A stretch of 64,000 bases of DNA from Candidatus Zixiibacteriota bacterium (GCA_024276275.1 JAJRXM010000072.1:8416-72415); one strand, 5' to 3'; counted from the stretch's first letter, positions 8,903 through 18,976 are shown. A program made the numbers and translations. The notes: a model not told the origin generated them from the sequence alone.

Positions 8903-10627
8903 TTACTCTACATCAATCATATATACTTTATCACCGTCGATTATATCATCACGATCACCGTATAAATAATTTATATTCGCTTCAAATGCTTTTGCAACAG
9001 CATTCGGTGCAAGTTTCATCGACGGGGTCAGTTCTTCTTTTTCTATTGACAGTTCATAATCTAACAGCATAGCTTTTTTAACATGAGCATATTTTGCTTC
9101 AAGAGAATCATTCATCTTTTTTACACATTTACCGAGACACTTCGCAAATTCCTCACATCCTTTTGGAGAATCACAACCTTCTTTAATATCAGATAAATTT
9201 GATTTACCGGATAACAACTGTTTGTTCGGAAACAACAAGATAACCGGGTGGTCACAACCTGCTCCCGCTACAAAGGCATGCGATAAAAACGGACAATCTT
9301 TTACCATCAAGTTTTCTATTTCTGTCGGAACTACTTTTTCGGCATTACTTAATTTAAAAATACGATCTTTTCTTGCAATTAGTCTTAATCCTGTTTCTTC
9401 AAATTCGCCGACATCACCGGTATAGAACCAGCCGTCATCTTTCAAAACTTTCTGAGTTTCTTCTATGTTATTAAAATAACCCTTCATAACATTAGGACCT
9501 TTGACCATTATTTCATCTTCATCCGACAATACCAGAGAAACACCTGTTATCGGTTTACCGACTATACTCTGTTTACGTAAAACATTCGGGTCTGTAACAG
9601 TGCAGCATGGGGAAGTTTCGGTAAGTCCCCATCCCTCATAAATAGGGATATTACGTTTTTCAAAAGTATCAGAAATATTTTTGGGAAGAGGAGCTGCGGC
9701 TGTAAAAATAAACCGAAGGTCTTTATGAAAAAATTGTTTTTCAATCTCTTGGTTTTGCATACAACAGGTCATAATTTCCTGATAGATTTTTGGTACCGAA
9801 AAGAATGTAGTCGGTTTCACTTTATTCCAGTTTTCTAACAAGAGGTCGATATTTTTACCAAAGCTATGCTCCAATGACAGCACAGCACCATTTACGATAG
9901 CAGAATACTTTTCATATATCCCACCGAAACTGTGATGCCATGGCAGATATGATAAAAACCGGTCGTCAGAATTTAAGCTCCATAAAGATTTCATCGCTGC
10001 CTGTTGCGAAAGGATATTATCATGTGTCAGCATAACACATTTCGGTTTTCCCATTGTTCCGGAAGTGTACATCATAAGTGATAGAGAGTCGGGTGCGACC
10101 TGCTCCCCTTGAATGTCATATGATGCGGGTGATGTTTCTAATAATGATTTAAATGAAACACAATTAGCATTTTGGTTATTATCTATTTCATCAAAATGTA
10201 TTATTCTGTCAAAATCTTTTGGGGATTCTAGTTTTTGAAACTGGTTATTGTCAGAGACAACTACAAATTTAGGTTCGCAAAACCTGACTAATCTATTTGT
10301 CTGTTCCGCAGGATAGCCCGGGAAAATCGGAATGTATACTGCTCCCATAGACATTACGGCTAATTCAAGTAATAACATCTCTTCTCTGTTTCGAGAACTT
10401 ATCGCAAGATGGTCTCCTTTGCCAAACCCTAAATCTTGTAGTGAAGATTGAATAGCGGAGATTTTTTTTTGTAATTGATACCAAGAAAGAGGAACATATT
10501 TATTATCCCTAACTTCCTGATAAACAGGTTTATCGGAAAACTGTTCCGCATTATGATTAAGCATTAAAGACAAATTATTATGATAAAACGGAAGTTCTCC
10601 AGCCCCATGTCTTACCTTGTCACTCAT
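8903..10627 (-). CDS. AMP-forming acyl-CoA synthetase (long-chain/FAA1-type ligase)
   Basis: 574 aa; MYTSGTMGKPKCVMLTH, YEGWGLTETS, WFYTGDVG ... RKDRIFKLSNAEKV. Confidence 0.85.
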   Translation of the reverse strand: MSDKVRHGAGELPFYHNNLSLMLNHNAEQFSDKPVYQEVRDNKYVPLSWYQLQKKISAIQSSLQDLGFGKGDHLAISSRNREEMLLLELAVMSMGAVYIPIFPGYPAEQTNRLVRFCEPKFVVVSDNNQFQKLESPKDFDRIIHFDEIDNNQNANCVSFKSLLETSPASYDIQGEQVAPDSLSLMMYTSGTMGKPKCVMLTHDNILSQQAAMKSLWSLNSDDRFLSYLPWHHSFGGIYEKYSAIVNGAVLSLEHSFGKNIDLLLENWNKVKPTTFFSVPKIYQEIMTCCMQNQEIEKQFFHKDLRFIFTAAAPLPKNISDTFEKRNIPIYEGWGLTETSPCCTVTDPNVLRKQSIVGKPITGVSLVLSDEDEIMVKGPNVMKGYFNNIEETQKVLKDDGWFYTGDVGEFEETGLRLIARKDRIFKLSNAEKVVPTEIENLMVKDCPFLSHAFVAGAGCDHPVILLFPNKQLLSGKSNLSDIKEGCDSPKGCEEFAKCLGKCVKKMNDSLEAKYAHVKKAMLLDYELSIEKEELTPSMKLAPNAVAKAFEANINYLYGDRDDIIDGDKVYMIDVE

Positions 10628-11445
10628 TGAGCAACCTCAAGCAGTTTATAATGCCTGTATCCACCCCATAGTGCGGCACCGATAGCACCGTTGGCATAAC
10701 AATTTTTCGTAGCGAAAATTTCTAAACTCAGATTACGCTCGTCAGCAAGTTGTTTGATAACTTCGACCAAACCGACATCCTGTGACATCCCACCTGACAA
10801 AGCAACAGGAGATTCAACTTTTAATTTACTTAAGAGACTTACAATCCGCCGAGCAATCGACTCATGGATACCTTTGATAATATCTGAGGTCGCAATGCCT
10901 TGTGAAACCATATTTATAACATCGGTTTCGGCAAGTACCGCACAGATACCGCTCAGCTTGGCAGGTTCTTTTGATTCCAAAGAAAGAGGTCCTACTTCGT
11001 CTATTGTAACGCCAAGATAACGGGTGATATTTTCCAAAAATTGACCGGATCCCGAGGCACATTGACCTGTCATCGCATAATTTTTAACCCGTGAACCTGA
11101 TTCCAAAGACATCACTCTGCAAAACAAAGCACCCATATCTACTACGGTTTTTGTCTCGGGATGGAAATGAAAAGCACCCTTTGCGTGGGTTGTCATTGAA
11201 TAAAAATGCCCTCGTTTACGTTCTACAAGTTCACCTTCACCAGTAGATGCAACATAAAGGAGTTCTTCATATTTTAAATTATGTCGTTCTAACAAATCAT
11301 TGACTGCTTTATTTATGAGTATAGTCGGATTTCTTTTTCTGATTTTTTCATTAGTAATTTCAATAATTTTCGGATTGTCGCTGTATTCTATTAATGCTAT
11401 TTTTATAAAGCTACTGCCGACATCTATTCCAAGGGTATATTCCAT
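10624..11445 (-). CDS. bcrD: benzoyl-CoA reductase ATPase subunit (delta, BcrD/BadG-like)
   Basis: GIDVGSSFIKIALIE, TGQCASGSGQFL, SGICAVLAETD. ORF track starts at 11481, but the ATG at 11445 has a GGAGG RBS and follows the bcrA stop. Confidence 0.8.
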   Translation of the reverse strand: MEYTLGIDVGSSFIKIALIEYSDNPKIIEITNEKIRKRNPTILINKAVNDLLERHNLKYEELLYVASTGEGELVERKRGHFYSMTTHAKGAFHFHPETKTVVDMGALFCRVMSLESGSRVKNYAMTGQCASGSGQFLENITRYLGVTIDEVGPLSLESKEPAKLSGICAVLAETDVINMVSQGIATSDIIKGIHESIARRIVSLLSKLKVESPVALSGGMSQDVGLVEVIKQLADERNLSLEIFATKNCYANGAIGAALWGGYRHYKLLEVAQ

Positions 11446-11449
11446 TTGT

Positions 11450-12742
11450 CTATTTCCTCCGTGAACTAAAGAGAGCCGCACCGAGAGCTCCCATAAAGAT
11501 TGAATCGGTGTGACAATTGATTTTTATTTTACCGTAATTTTGTTCAACCATCTGTGATACATATTTCACAACTGCCTGATTACGGGCAACACCGCCGGTA
11601 AATGTAAATTCATTTCGGACACCGCCTGAACGTGCTAACAAAGCAAATGCTCTTTGCACTATAGCTTTATGTAAGCCGGCTAAAACATTTTCTTTTTTCT
11701 CACCTAAATTAAGGTACTCGCGAAGTTCAGCCCCGGCAAACACTGTACAGGTAGAACATATATTTGCTTCATAATCGGCGTTCATAGCAAGAGGTCCTAA
11801 TTCACCGACCGAAATACTCATTTCATCGGCGATATATCCCAAATACCTTCCGCACCCCGCAGCACATCTATCATTCATTTGAAAGCTGGTAACTAATCCG
11901 TACTTGTCAACCTGAATTGCTTTTGTGTCCTGTCCGCCTATATCTAAAACAGTTCTTGTACCCGGAAAAACAGCATGAGCACCCATCGCATGACAGAGGA
12001 TTTCTGACTTGATATGTTTTTCTTCAAACGGAAGTAACTGCCGTCCATAACCTGTTCCGATATAGTCGGTCGGTTCTAACGAAAGCAATTCAACTTCATC
12101 TAAATTTTTTCTAAAATCAGTATCTTCCTGAAACGATTTTTCAGGAAGCAATTCTATTGCTTCTTCTGCTAACTGAGCAAAATCAAAATTGAGTTTTTCA
12201 TTTTCAACAGGCGTAATAGAACGGTCATACAGAGCGACCAGTTGGTCGTAATAACTTTTATCTTCATCTTGTATAGCTTGCATATAACCTGTGGAAAAAA
12301 TATCACGGAAAAAATCGGATGATAACGAAATTGCTCCATTCAAAAATTTTTCTTCAACATCAATAAGCATATCATCTTGAATTTTTTTCAGGAGCGTTGT
12401 TACTTTTCCAGAAAGTTCTTTGTTTTCTAATAGAGCTGCATTTTCAAACATTACTTCAATCAGACGATAAAACCGATACCGATACTGCAAGTAGTGAAAA
12501 CGGTTCTCGAGTTGACTTATAATGTCACCCCAATCAAAAGAACCGTTAGAGTCGGTTTTAAGTCTTCTGTGTAAGAGAGTAAAGCGTGAATTAAACTCTG
12601 CCTCGTTCTGAGCAATCTGAGCAGCAACTTCATAGTTGGAGCGGGTGTTCGTAATCCCACGACCAATGATATGTCCGTCTTTATCAACGATAACTGCTTT
12701 AGATGTTGTCGAACCTAAATCTATACCAAGGAAAACGTTCAT
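11450..12742 (-). CDS. bcrA: benzoyl-CoA reductase ATPase subunit (alpha, BcrA/BadF-like)
   Basis: 430 aa; GIDLGSTTSKAVIVD, DIGGQDTKAI, NDRCAAGCGRYL, STCTVFAGAE; long insertion after the first phosphate-binding motif, as in alpha subunits. Confidence 0.8.
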   Translation of the reverse strand: MNVFLGIDLGSTTSKAVIVDKDGHIIGRGITNTRSNYEVAAQIAQNEAEFNSRFTLLHRRLKTDSNGSFDWGDIISQLENRFHYLQYRYRFYRLIEVMFENAALLENKELSGKVTTLLKKIQDDMLIDVEEKFLNGAISLSSDFFRDIFSTGYMQAIQDEDKSYYDQLVALYDRSITPVENEKLNFDFAQLAEEAIELLPEKSFQEDTDFRKNLDEVELLSLEPTDYIGTGYGRQLLPFEEKHIKSEILCHAMGAHAVFPGTRTVLDIGGQDTKAIQVDKYGLVTSFQMNDRCAAGCGRYLGYIADEMSISVGELGPLAMNADYEANICSTCTVFAGAELREYLNLGEKKENVLAGLHKAIVQRAFALLARSGGVRNEFTFTGGVARNQAVVKYVSQMVEQNYGKIKINCHTDSIFMGALGAALFSSRRK

Positions 12743-12775
12743 TTATTTCCTCATTTAACTTATTGTTATGTTCTC

Positions 12776-14080
12776 TTATGTTAATACATCATCCGGTACA
12801 ATATCATCACCGATATTAAATGACTGTCGTTGGTCAAGCATCTGAAAAAATGAATCTAAACGGTTTTTAATATTTGAATACGAATAATAGCGAGGATCAA
12901 CCAAATCAGTTTCAATAAACCCGACCGGTATTTCAAGCCGTTCTTCTAAATCCCGCATCATAACCAATTGCCCTGCGGAAAAAGAGTTACAGCTTTTAAT
13001 TGAATTCACTAAAAATCCGTTGGCTTTATATTTTGTTATAAATGATTCTATCAAGTCTATACGCTGAGGGATATTTCGGTTCGTATAACAACCCAGACAA
13101 TACTCCGCCATACTTTTTATTGAGTCGTTTGAACTATGTCTGAACCCGTCATCATATACGCCACCTACTCTTGTATATGTAGAGCCGACAAAAACTGCTC
13201 CCATATCATAGAACAGTTTCCAAAAACCTCTAAAATGAGTCCAGTTTGGAGGACCTTCTACAACAAGACGGAATTTTTCTTCCTTCATGTATCCTTCAGG
13301 CGTTATCGGCCCAAGTTTATTGGCAACACGATAATTAACTTCTTTTAAAAGCTCTTGATAATACTCAAGACAATCTTCACTTCCGCGGAATGCGGTAAAA
13401 ATCGGTCCGATGTAATAAACTCCTCCGAAGTATGCATCAATAGGAGAAGGAGTGTTCTCCGCAGAGTCAAAAATTTCAATTAATAGTTCTTCAGCTTTTG
13501 CTGAAAGGTCCATCTTTTCGCCAAGTTTATCGTTATCAAATTTTTGACCGCTAACTTTTTCAAAAGTTGGAATAACTTCATTAATAAGCTGGTCTTTAAT
13601 ATATTTTACGGCGTTTGCTTCTATTTTTCCCGACTCCTGATAAGGAATATGAAGCATGGCTATTTCGGCATTTGGATACAGTTGTTTTAAATTTTCAAAC
13701 CATTTCATAAAGACAAAACAACCGGTGTAACTCAATAAAAGAATATCAGGATTGGGAAGCTGTTGACCGGTAGGTCCTATATTTCCCTGAAGCATCATTC
13801 CGATATCACATTTTACGTAGGAACAGACATCTTCTGAGTATCCCATATCTTCCGCTTCCTGGATATACTCTTTCGATTTCTGACGCATCCCCGACTGCAG
13901 AGAATTAATTTCGGGATAAACAGGAAGCATATCAAAAGCATAAATCAACTCTGTAAGGTTTCCCGGTACAAACGTATATACAACTTTCTTCCCTGTTTCT
14001 TTTACTTGGGATAATTCAATAAACTGTTCAGCAAGCATATGCTTCTGTTTAATCATACTATTTTCTTTTTGAATATCCAT
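12776..14080 (-). CDS. bcrB: benzoyl-CoA reductase subunit (beta, BcrB/BadE-like; HGD-D family)
   Basis: 434 aa HGD-D family protein directly between the bcrC-like and bcrA-like genes; conserved Cys context CSYVKCDIG. Confidence 0.8.
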   Translation of the reverse strand: MDIQKENSMIKQKHMLAEQFIELSQVKETGKKVVYTFVPGNLTELIYAFDMLPVYPEINSLQSGMRQKSKEYIQEAEDMGYSEDVCSYVKCDIGMMLQGNIGPTGQQLPNPDILLLSYTGCFVFMKWFENLKQLYPNAEIAMLHIPYQESGKIEANAVKYIKDQLINEVIPTFEKVSGQKFDNDKLGEKMDLSAKAEELLIEIFDSAENTPSPIDAYFGGVYYIGPIFTAFRGSEDCLEYYQELLKEVNYRVANKLGPITPEGYMKEEKFRLVVEGPPNWTHFRGFWKLFYDMGAVFVGSTYTRVGGVYDDGFRHSSNDSIKSMAEYCLGCYTNRNIPQRIDLIESFITKYKANGFLVNSIKSCNSFSAGQLVMMRDLEERLEIPVGFIETDLVDPRYYSYSNIKNRLDSFFQMLDQRQSFNIGDDIVPDDVLT

Positions 14081-14083
14081 AGT

Positions 14084-15307
14084 CTACTCCCAAAGCTTTA
14101 TCATATCGGCGAAAGTGCCGGCTTGTTCTTTAATAACATGAAACTGCCCGAGATTTTCGTGGTATTGAAAGTTTGAATGTTTTATGTGGTGTCTATCCAT
14201 AGCTTTTTCAAGCAATGGTCTGTCTAATAAGGCAGGGTCGCAGAAACTTGGGGCACAAAAAATAACACCGTCTGCCTTGAGTTCTTTCACTCTGTTTGCC
14301 AAGAGATCACCTTTTGGTTTGTCACCCTCATACACAGCCGATGAATAAGTGCTGTCATTGAGATAACTATCAACCAAAGAACCGATAGGGTCATCTGTTT
14401 TATAATTAATATCTTTAGAGTGCCATCTATGGCCAAGTTGAAAATCATCTTCAACAATATAACATCCGGCATTCTCAATCGTTTTTATCAGTCCGATAGG
14501 AGGTTGTTCACAAAAAGAACCTGAAACAACAACTCGAATTTTATCTTCTTTTTCAAAATTACTATCTTGTAAAAGAGGTAGAAGTTTTTTGAGATAATCA
14601 TTATGGTCTTCAACCGACATAACATTTCCTGCCCGCTGTACTAAGTAAAAGTCAACTGCAGGTATTTTATAAGGGTCTGTATTCCGAATTAATTCAAGTT
14701 CCTGCATCAATCTTCTGTTTTCATTATATAAAACAATTGATGCGTTCAGCTTTTCGGGAGTAACTTTAATTCCGTTCATTTTTTCAAAATCTGTTATTAA
14801 TCTTTCAAGTTCTGAACGATAAAAGACACCGCCGATTGACTCTTCAAAATTTTGAGGAAAATCAAGATAGCGAACAAACTTATCTTTTATTTTAAGTTGA
14901 AAAATACCGGAGAGATTTCTGATAACATCACAAATAGACGGAAATATAAACCCGTCAAAATCATCAAAATTACCGTTTAAGACAAGTTCAATTACGGTGC
15001 GAGGAAGATGGCAGATATAAGATTGAAAATATGCATCCCCCTTGATGACCGGAATACGGTCACCTGCCCCAAAAATTCCTACCGGAAGCATTCCGGCTGC
15101 GTGGATTATTTCTTTGGGGATATAAATCGGCAAAAAACCTATTATTTTTCGAGACTCACCTTTTTTTTTCCATTCACCCGGATATGAAAAACTCAGATCT
15201 TCAAATAGTTCTCTTGCCGTTTTTATTGTTTCTAAATAACTCGTATTTCCCACGGAGTCCTTTCCAGTCAACAATACCGATGTCAAAACGAACCATAATA
15301 GATTCAA
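14084..15307 (-). CDS. bcrC: benzoyl-CoA reductase subunit (gamma, BcrC/BadD-like; HGD-D family)
   Basis: HGD-D family (IGFLPIYIPKEIIHAAGMLPVG, CDVIRN, FCDPALLD). ORF-track start is a TTG at 15307; the GTG at 15253 behind GGAAAGGA looks more plausible (about 389 aa). Confidence 0.8.
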   Translation of the reverse strand: MNLLWFVLTSVLLTGKDSVGNTSYLETIKTARELFEDLSFSYPGEWKKKGESRKIIGFLPIYIPKEIIHAAGMLPVGIFGAGDRIPVIKGDAYFQSYICHLPRTVIELVLNGNFDDFDGFIFPSICDVIRNLSGIFQLKIKDKFVRYLDFPQNFEESIGGVFYRSELERLITDFEKMNGIKVTPEKLNASIVLYNENRRLMQELELIRNTDPYKIPAVDFYLVQRAGNVMSVEDHNDYLKKLLPLLQDSNFEKEDKIRVVVSGSFCEQPPIGLIKTIENAGCYIVEDDFQLGHRWHSKDINYKTDDPIGSLVDSYLNDSTYSSAVYEGDKPKGDLLANRVKELKADGVIFCAPSFCDPALLDRPLLEKAMDRHHIKHSNFQYHENLGQFHVIKEQAGTFADMIKLWE

Positions 15308-15466
15308 ATAATCAGCATTAAATCAATTATTCACGTACTATATTAACGATAAATAATATATCAGAACGGACAGCAAAGCAAGAGGTTTCGCTCTTTTTTA
15401 TGTCATATTGTTTACTAATTTGTATACATTTATCATAGGTAAATCTATTACCTATTCCATTTATAA

Positions 15467-17566
15467 CTATACATTTAATACTTTGCTTGCTTCAGTCCCA
15501 ATCACACCACGCTGACAATCTTTTGAACTCATAAATGAAGCTGAATGTTTTGCCTGAACAACTATAGCATCAGACAATGATGCACTACAAGCTTCGCTTA
15601 CACATTCCATAATTGCTTTTCTTGCAGAGACAACAACCGGGTCAGATGAATCAGGAGGTTGCAAAGTAGCCGACAGATTTTGTAAACCTTCAGTCGCTAC
15701 TTATCTTTTTGTCAGTCCATGATTGTCACCCGACGCAGTTTTCCATGCCATCTTAATTGCATCTTCTTCTGTACCTGCAAAATCAATAAGCCACCCGACC
15801 GCACCAGATGCTTTTACCGCTTGACCGGTAAATAGTAAGTCGGAAATTTTTGACCAGTCTTCTTTTTTTGCTTTCCGAAATGACCAATGACACCCTTCCA
15901 TACCCGGTATTACCGGCAATGTAACCTCCGGCATTCCAACCTGACAATCATTTGTTGCAATAAGATAATGACAATGCATCATCAATTCCAGCATACCGCC
16001 TAAGCATCGTTTACCGTTCAAGAATCCAACTGAAACTTTGAACTCATCATGCAGCCTTCTTGCCGTTGTTGACCAATTTAATGATATGTCGTATCCTTTG
16101 TCAGCATCTTCTAAGGCAGGATAAAAATCAGATGTATCGGCACCGACTAATTGTGTCGAGAAATGGAAATCACCTGACAAAATTACTCGTTCAATATTTT
16201 CAGATTTTAACCAGTTTATCGCACAGTTTAATTCAATATCTACATCTTTATTATATGATTCACGATTAATAGTAATCAGCCCGACACTGCCGTCATGTTC
16301 AGCATTTACATAGAGCTGCTGCCATTCAGGGTCATTGATTTTTTCAAACACTTCAGGATACCAACAACTTGATGCTGACTGTGGATCTAGTTTATGATAT
16401 TCCTCAACAAGTTTGATTGATTTTTCCGTACCGAGTTGTCTGATTGTTGCCAATATACCTGAACGGAATTGTGCACATATTTCACAGATAGCATTAATAT
16501 GAGAAAGATGTCCCCTGTTTTCATGAAGCATAAGCGATGTCATTTGAATCATTGGACCTAAAATCCATTTGTTCATTTCGTCCAATTCATCATCAGACAA
16601 TGTCCAATTCACTACAGGTCGGAAATGATTAAGAGGATACCAATTTTGACCGCTTTCTTTTCTATATTCCAAGTCAAATGTCGGTTTGAATAAGTTACCG
16701 TACGTTTCACTCAAATGATACAGACAAGACCAAGTTAAGAAATTGGCACCTTTAGCTCCTATAGCATCGTGAGCACGGAACGGATTCGGGCCGAGTAATT
16801 TTCTAATTAGCTTATCAATTTTCCAGTACGGCATGTTTGATGCCTGCCTATATCGTAATCCTGCCGACATTAAGCCGCAGAACAAAACATCTAATACAAA
16901 TGACCAATGATCAGAAACCGGTACAGGAATCAGACCTACTGCCCATAAAAGTTTTGTAATGTCTGAAGGTGTATCTTCTACCGTTTCCCACATTTTGTTA
17001 ATTTGGTGAGGAAATGCTGGATGAGCAATGCCTACACCTAGTTCAGAACTTGGAAACCCTGATGTAACCGAACGAATTGCAATCCCCGGGAATGTCTCCC
17101 GAAAAACCTTATAGTGATTCTTTTTAATATCTAATATTTCAGGGATAGCTTCTAAGAGGAAACGGGGATTAAAATCTTTTAACTGAGATGGTAGTTTTTT
17201 GCCGTCATAATTAAAACGTATGACATTCGCCATTATTTCATCAGCTTGTTTTTGTCCAAACGAGCCTTTGAGCCCTTGGTACTGCATACCGATACCGTCG
17301 GGTGCTCCCGGAAAATCAAGAGCAATAATAGGGATATTATATTTTTGCAAACGTGACCCAAGCTGCATTGTTTTTCCCGCACCCACAATTCCATTTGCTC
17401 CTGAAATAACAATTGCACCTCTATTGGATGAGTCTCCAAAGATTGTGTCTACTAAACTGTCAGCATTAACAGGTAATTTTCCGTTTTTAAAAATATCAAG
17501 GACGTTACCAAGTCCGAAAGTATCAAGTGTCGGTTGTCTGAGTGTTTTCATATTATTTAGCTCCAT
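15467..17566 (-). pseudogene. fused NAD(P)-binding dehydrogenase / enoyl-CoA hydratase (crotonase) protein interrupted by an in-frame TAA
   Basis: The 621-aa ORF 15701-17566 (GANGIVGAG Rossmann; crotonase core CLGGMLELMMHC) ends at TAA 15701-15703. The same frame stays open 77 more codons to TAG 15467-15469 and encodes the missing C-terminal crotonase helices (PVVVSARKAIMECV...SLSDAIVVQAKHSASFMSSKDCQRGV). Confidence 0.75.
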
Positions 17567-18761
17567 CAGTTACTTTGAGAATTGCAGCAATACCGACATC
17601 GCCGGCGGCACATCCAAATATTAATACATATCCTCCGCCCAAAGCAACAGCTTCCTCAAGTGCTTCTATAATCACTCTGGTAAGTGTAGGACCCTGAGGA
17701 TGTCCCCACACTAGCGGACAACCGGTATTGTTTATTTTATGCCAATCATAGTTAAGCAGTTTTGAGAAAATGACATCATTGACCGCAAATGGATTATGGT
17801 TTTTAACAACCGTCATATCATCCATTGTTAATCCGGTTTTTTTCAAAAGTTTTTGAACTGCCATGGCAGGTGATTCCTGCATAAGAGACGGATAGGTTCG
17901 CATTTCGGTTTTACCGACAAATGAAATATCAATCTCAGGTCGAGAGCTGAGTTCCTGTGCTTTTTCTTTAGTAGTAACCAATAAAGTTGCCATACCGTCA
18001 GATGCGTGGGTTTGAGTTCCACCGGTGACACAATCGTCAAGTTCGGGCATTACCTGAAGCATATCATAGGTTAGTTTACGGACACCCTTATCAGAGTCAA
18101 TCATACCTAACGGTTTTCCCTGGACGTTTAATACTTCAAGAGGTACAAGTACATTATCCAATAAACCGGAATCTTTAGCGTTGAAATACTGTTCGTACCG
18201 ATACATTGTTAATTCATCAACTTCACGTCGGTCGGTTTTATGTTTTCTTGCCGCAAATCCGGCACAAGAGAGCATCGCATTGCCTGTAGCAGGGTCAAAA
18301 CCTAAGTTATCCCATACATCGGCGAGTGCCATTGTCCGCTCATGAGCTCTTCTTTCGGGAAATACTCCAACCGGAGAGTCAGATGTTCTGTCAAAAGTCA
18401 AAACCCCTACAACATCGTTGGCATTGCTGTGTACTTCCGATGCTGCTACAATAACAGCTTGTAGTCCGGTGGCACATGCTTGTTCAAGATGAAAACCCGG
18501 AATACGATGGTCAACACAGCTTGCAATCATCGGTGCTGTCCAAAATTTCCAATGCCATGGAATTGTAGAGCCTAAAATTAAATAATCTAATGAAGTAGTG
18601 GGAACTTTTCGTAAACTGAGAATTCTATTCATTGCTTCGCCAGCAAATTGTCCGATATTTACTTCAGCCAAAGCTGATGTCTGCCATGCGGGGAAAAAAC
18701 TAGACCCCCAGGTGCCGTATGGAATCCTTGCCCGTGAAAACATTTCTCTGGTGCTCGTCAT
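17553..18761 (-). CDS. thiolase-family acyltransferase, first gene of the aromatic operon
   Basis: 402 aa; EQACATGLQAV (active-site Cys context), GHPQGPTLTR, GCAAGDVG. Confidence 0.8.
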   Translation of the reverse strand: MTSTREMFSRARIPYGTWGSSFFPAWQTSALAEVNIGQFAGEAMNRILSLRKVPTTSLDYLILGSTIPWHWKFWTAPMIASCVDHRIPGFHLEQACATGLQAVIVAASEVHSNANDVVGVLTFDRTSDSPVGVFPERRAHERTMALADVWDNLGFDPATGNAMLSCAGFAARKHKTDRREVDELTMYRYEQYFNAKDSGLLDNVLVPLEVLNVQGKPLGMIDSDKGVRKLTYDMLQVMPELDDCVTGGTQTHASDGMATLLVTTKEKAQELSSRPEIDISFVGKTEMRTYPSLMQESPAMAVQKLLKKTGLTMDDMTVVKNHNPFAVNDVIFSKLLNYDWHKINNTGCPLVWGHPQGPTLTRVIIEALEEAVALGGGYVLIFGCAAGDVGIAAILKVTDGAK

Positions 18762-18976
18762 TTATGATCTCCTATCTGATAAACCAGCATATAATACCTT
18801 TTTTACCATAATAGTTTATCAAAATATTTCTGAAAATGCAACTGAATATGATTTATAGTTTGTTAAAAAGAACAATTTTAAAAAATACGATAGAAAATGA
18901 TATTTTATTGATAGTTTTTGATGTACTTTTATAACCTTCTTAATTAGTACCGATAGGACATTGCCCTTTCTATAAG

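Noticed and set aside
12743-12775. bcrB and bcrA are in the same frame, separated only by TAA codons, so could be a read-through fusion
   Set aside because: BcrB ends at a normal C-terminus. Three TAA codons lie within 11 codons, and a GAGGAA RBS precedes the bcrA ATG. The same-frame arrangement is a one-in-three coincidence.
15467-15664. Stand-alone 65-aa protein, possibly the missing ferredoxin of the reductase
   Set aside because: It has only three Cys and no CxxCxxCxxxCP pattern, a TTG start and no RBS. It is in frame with, and homologous to the missing C-terminus of, the upstream crotonase fusion.
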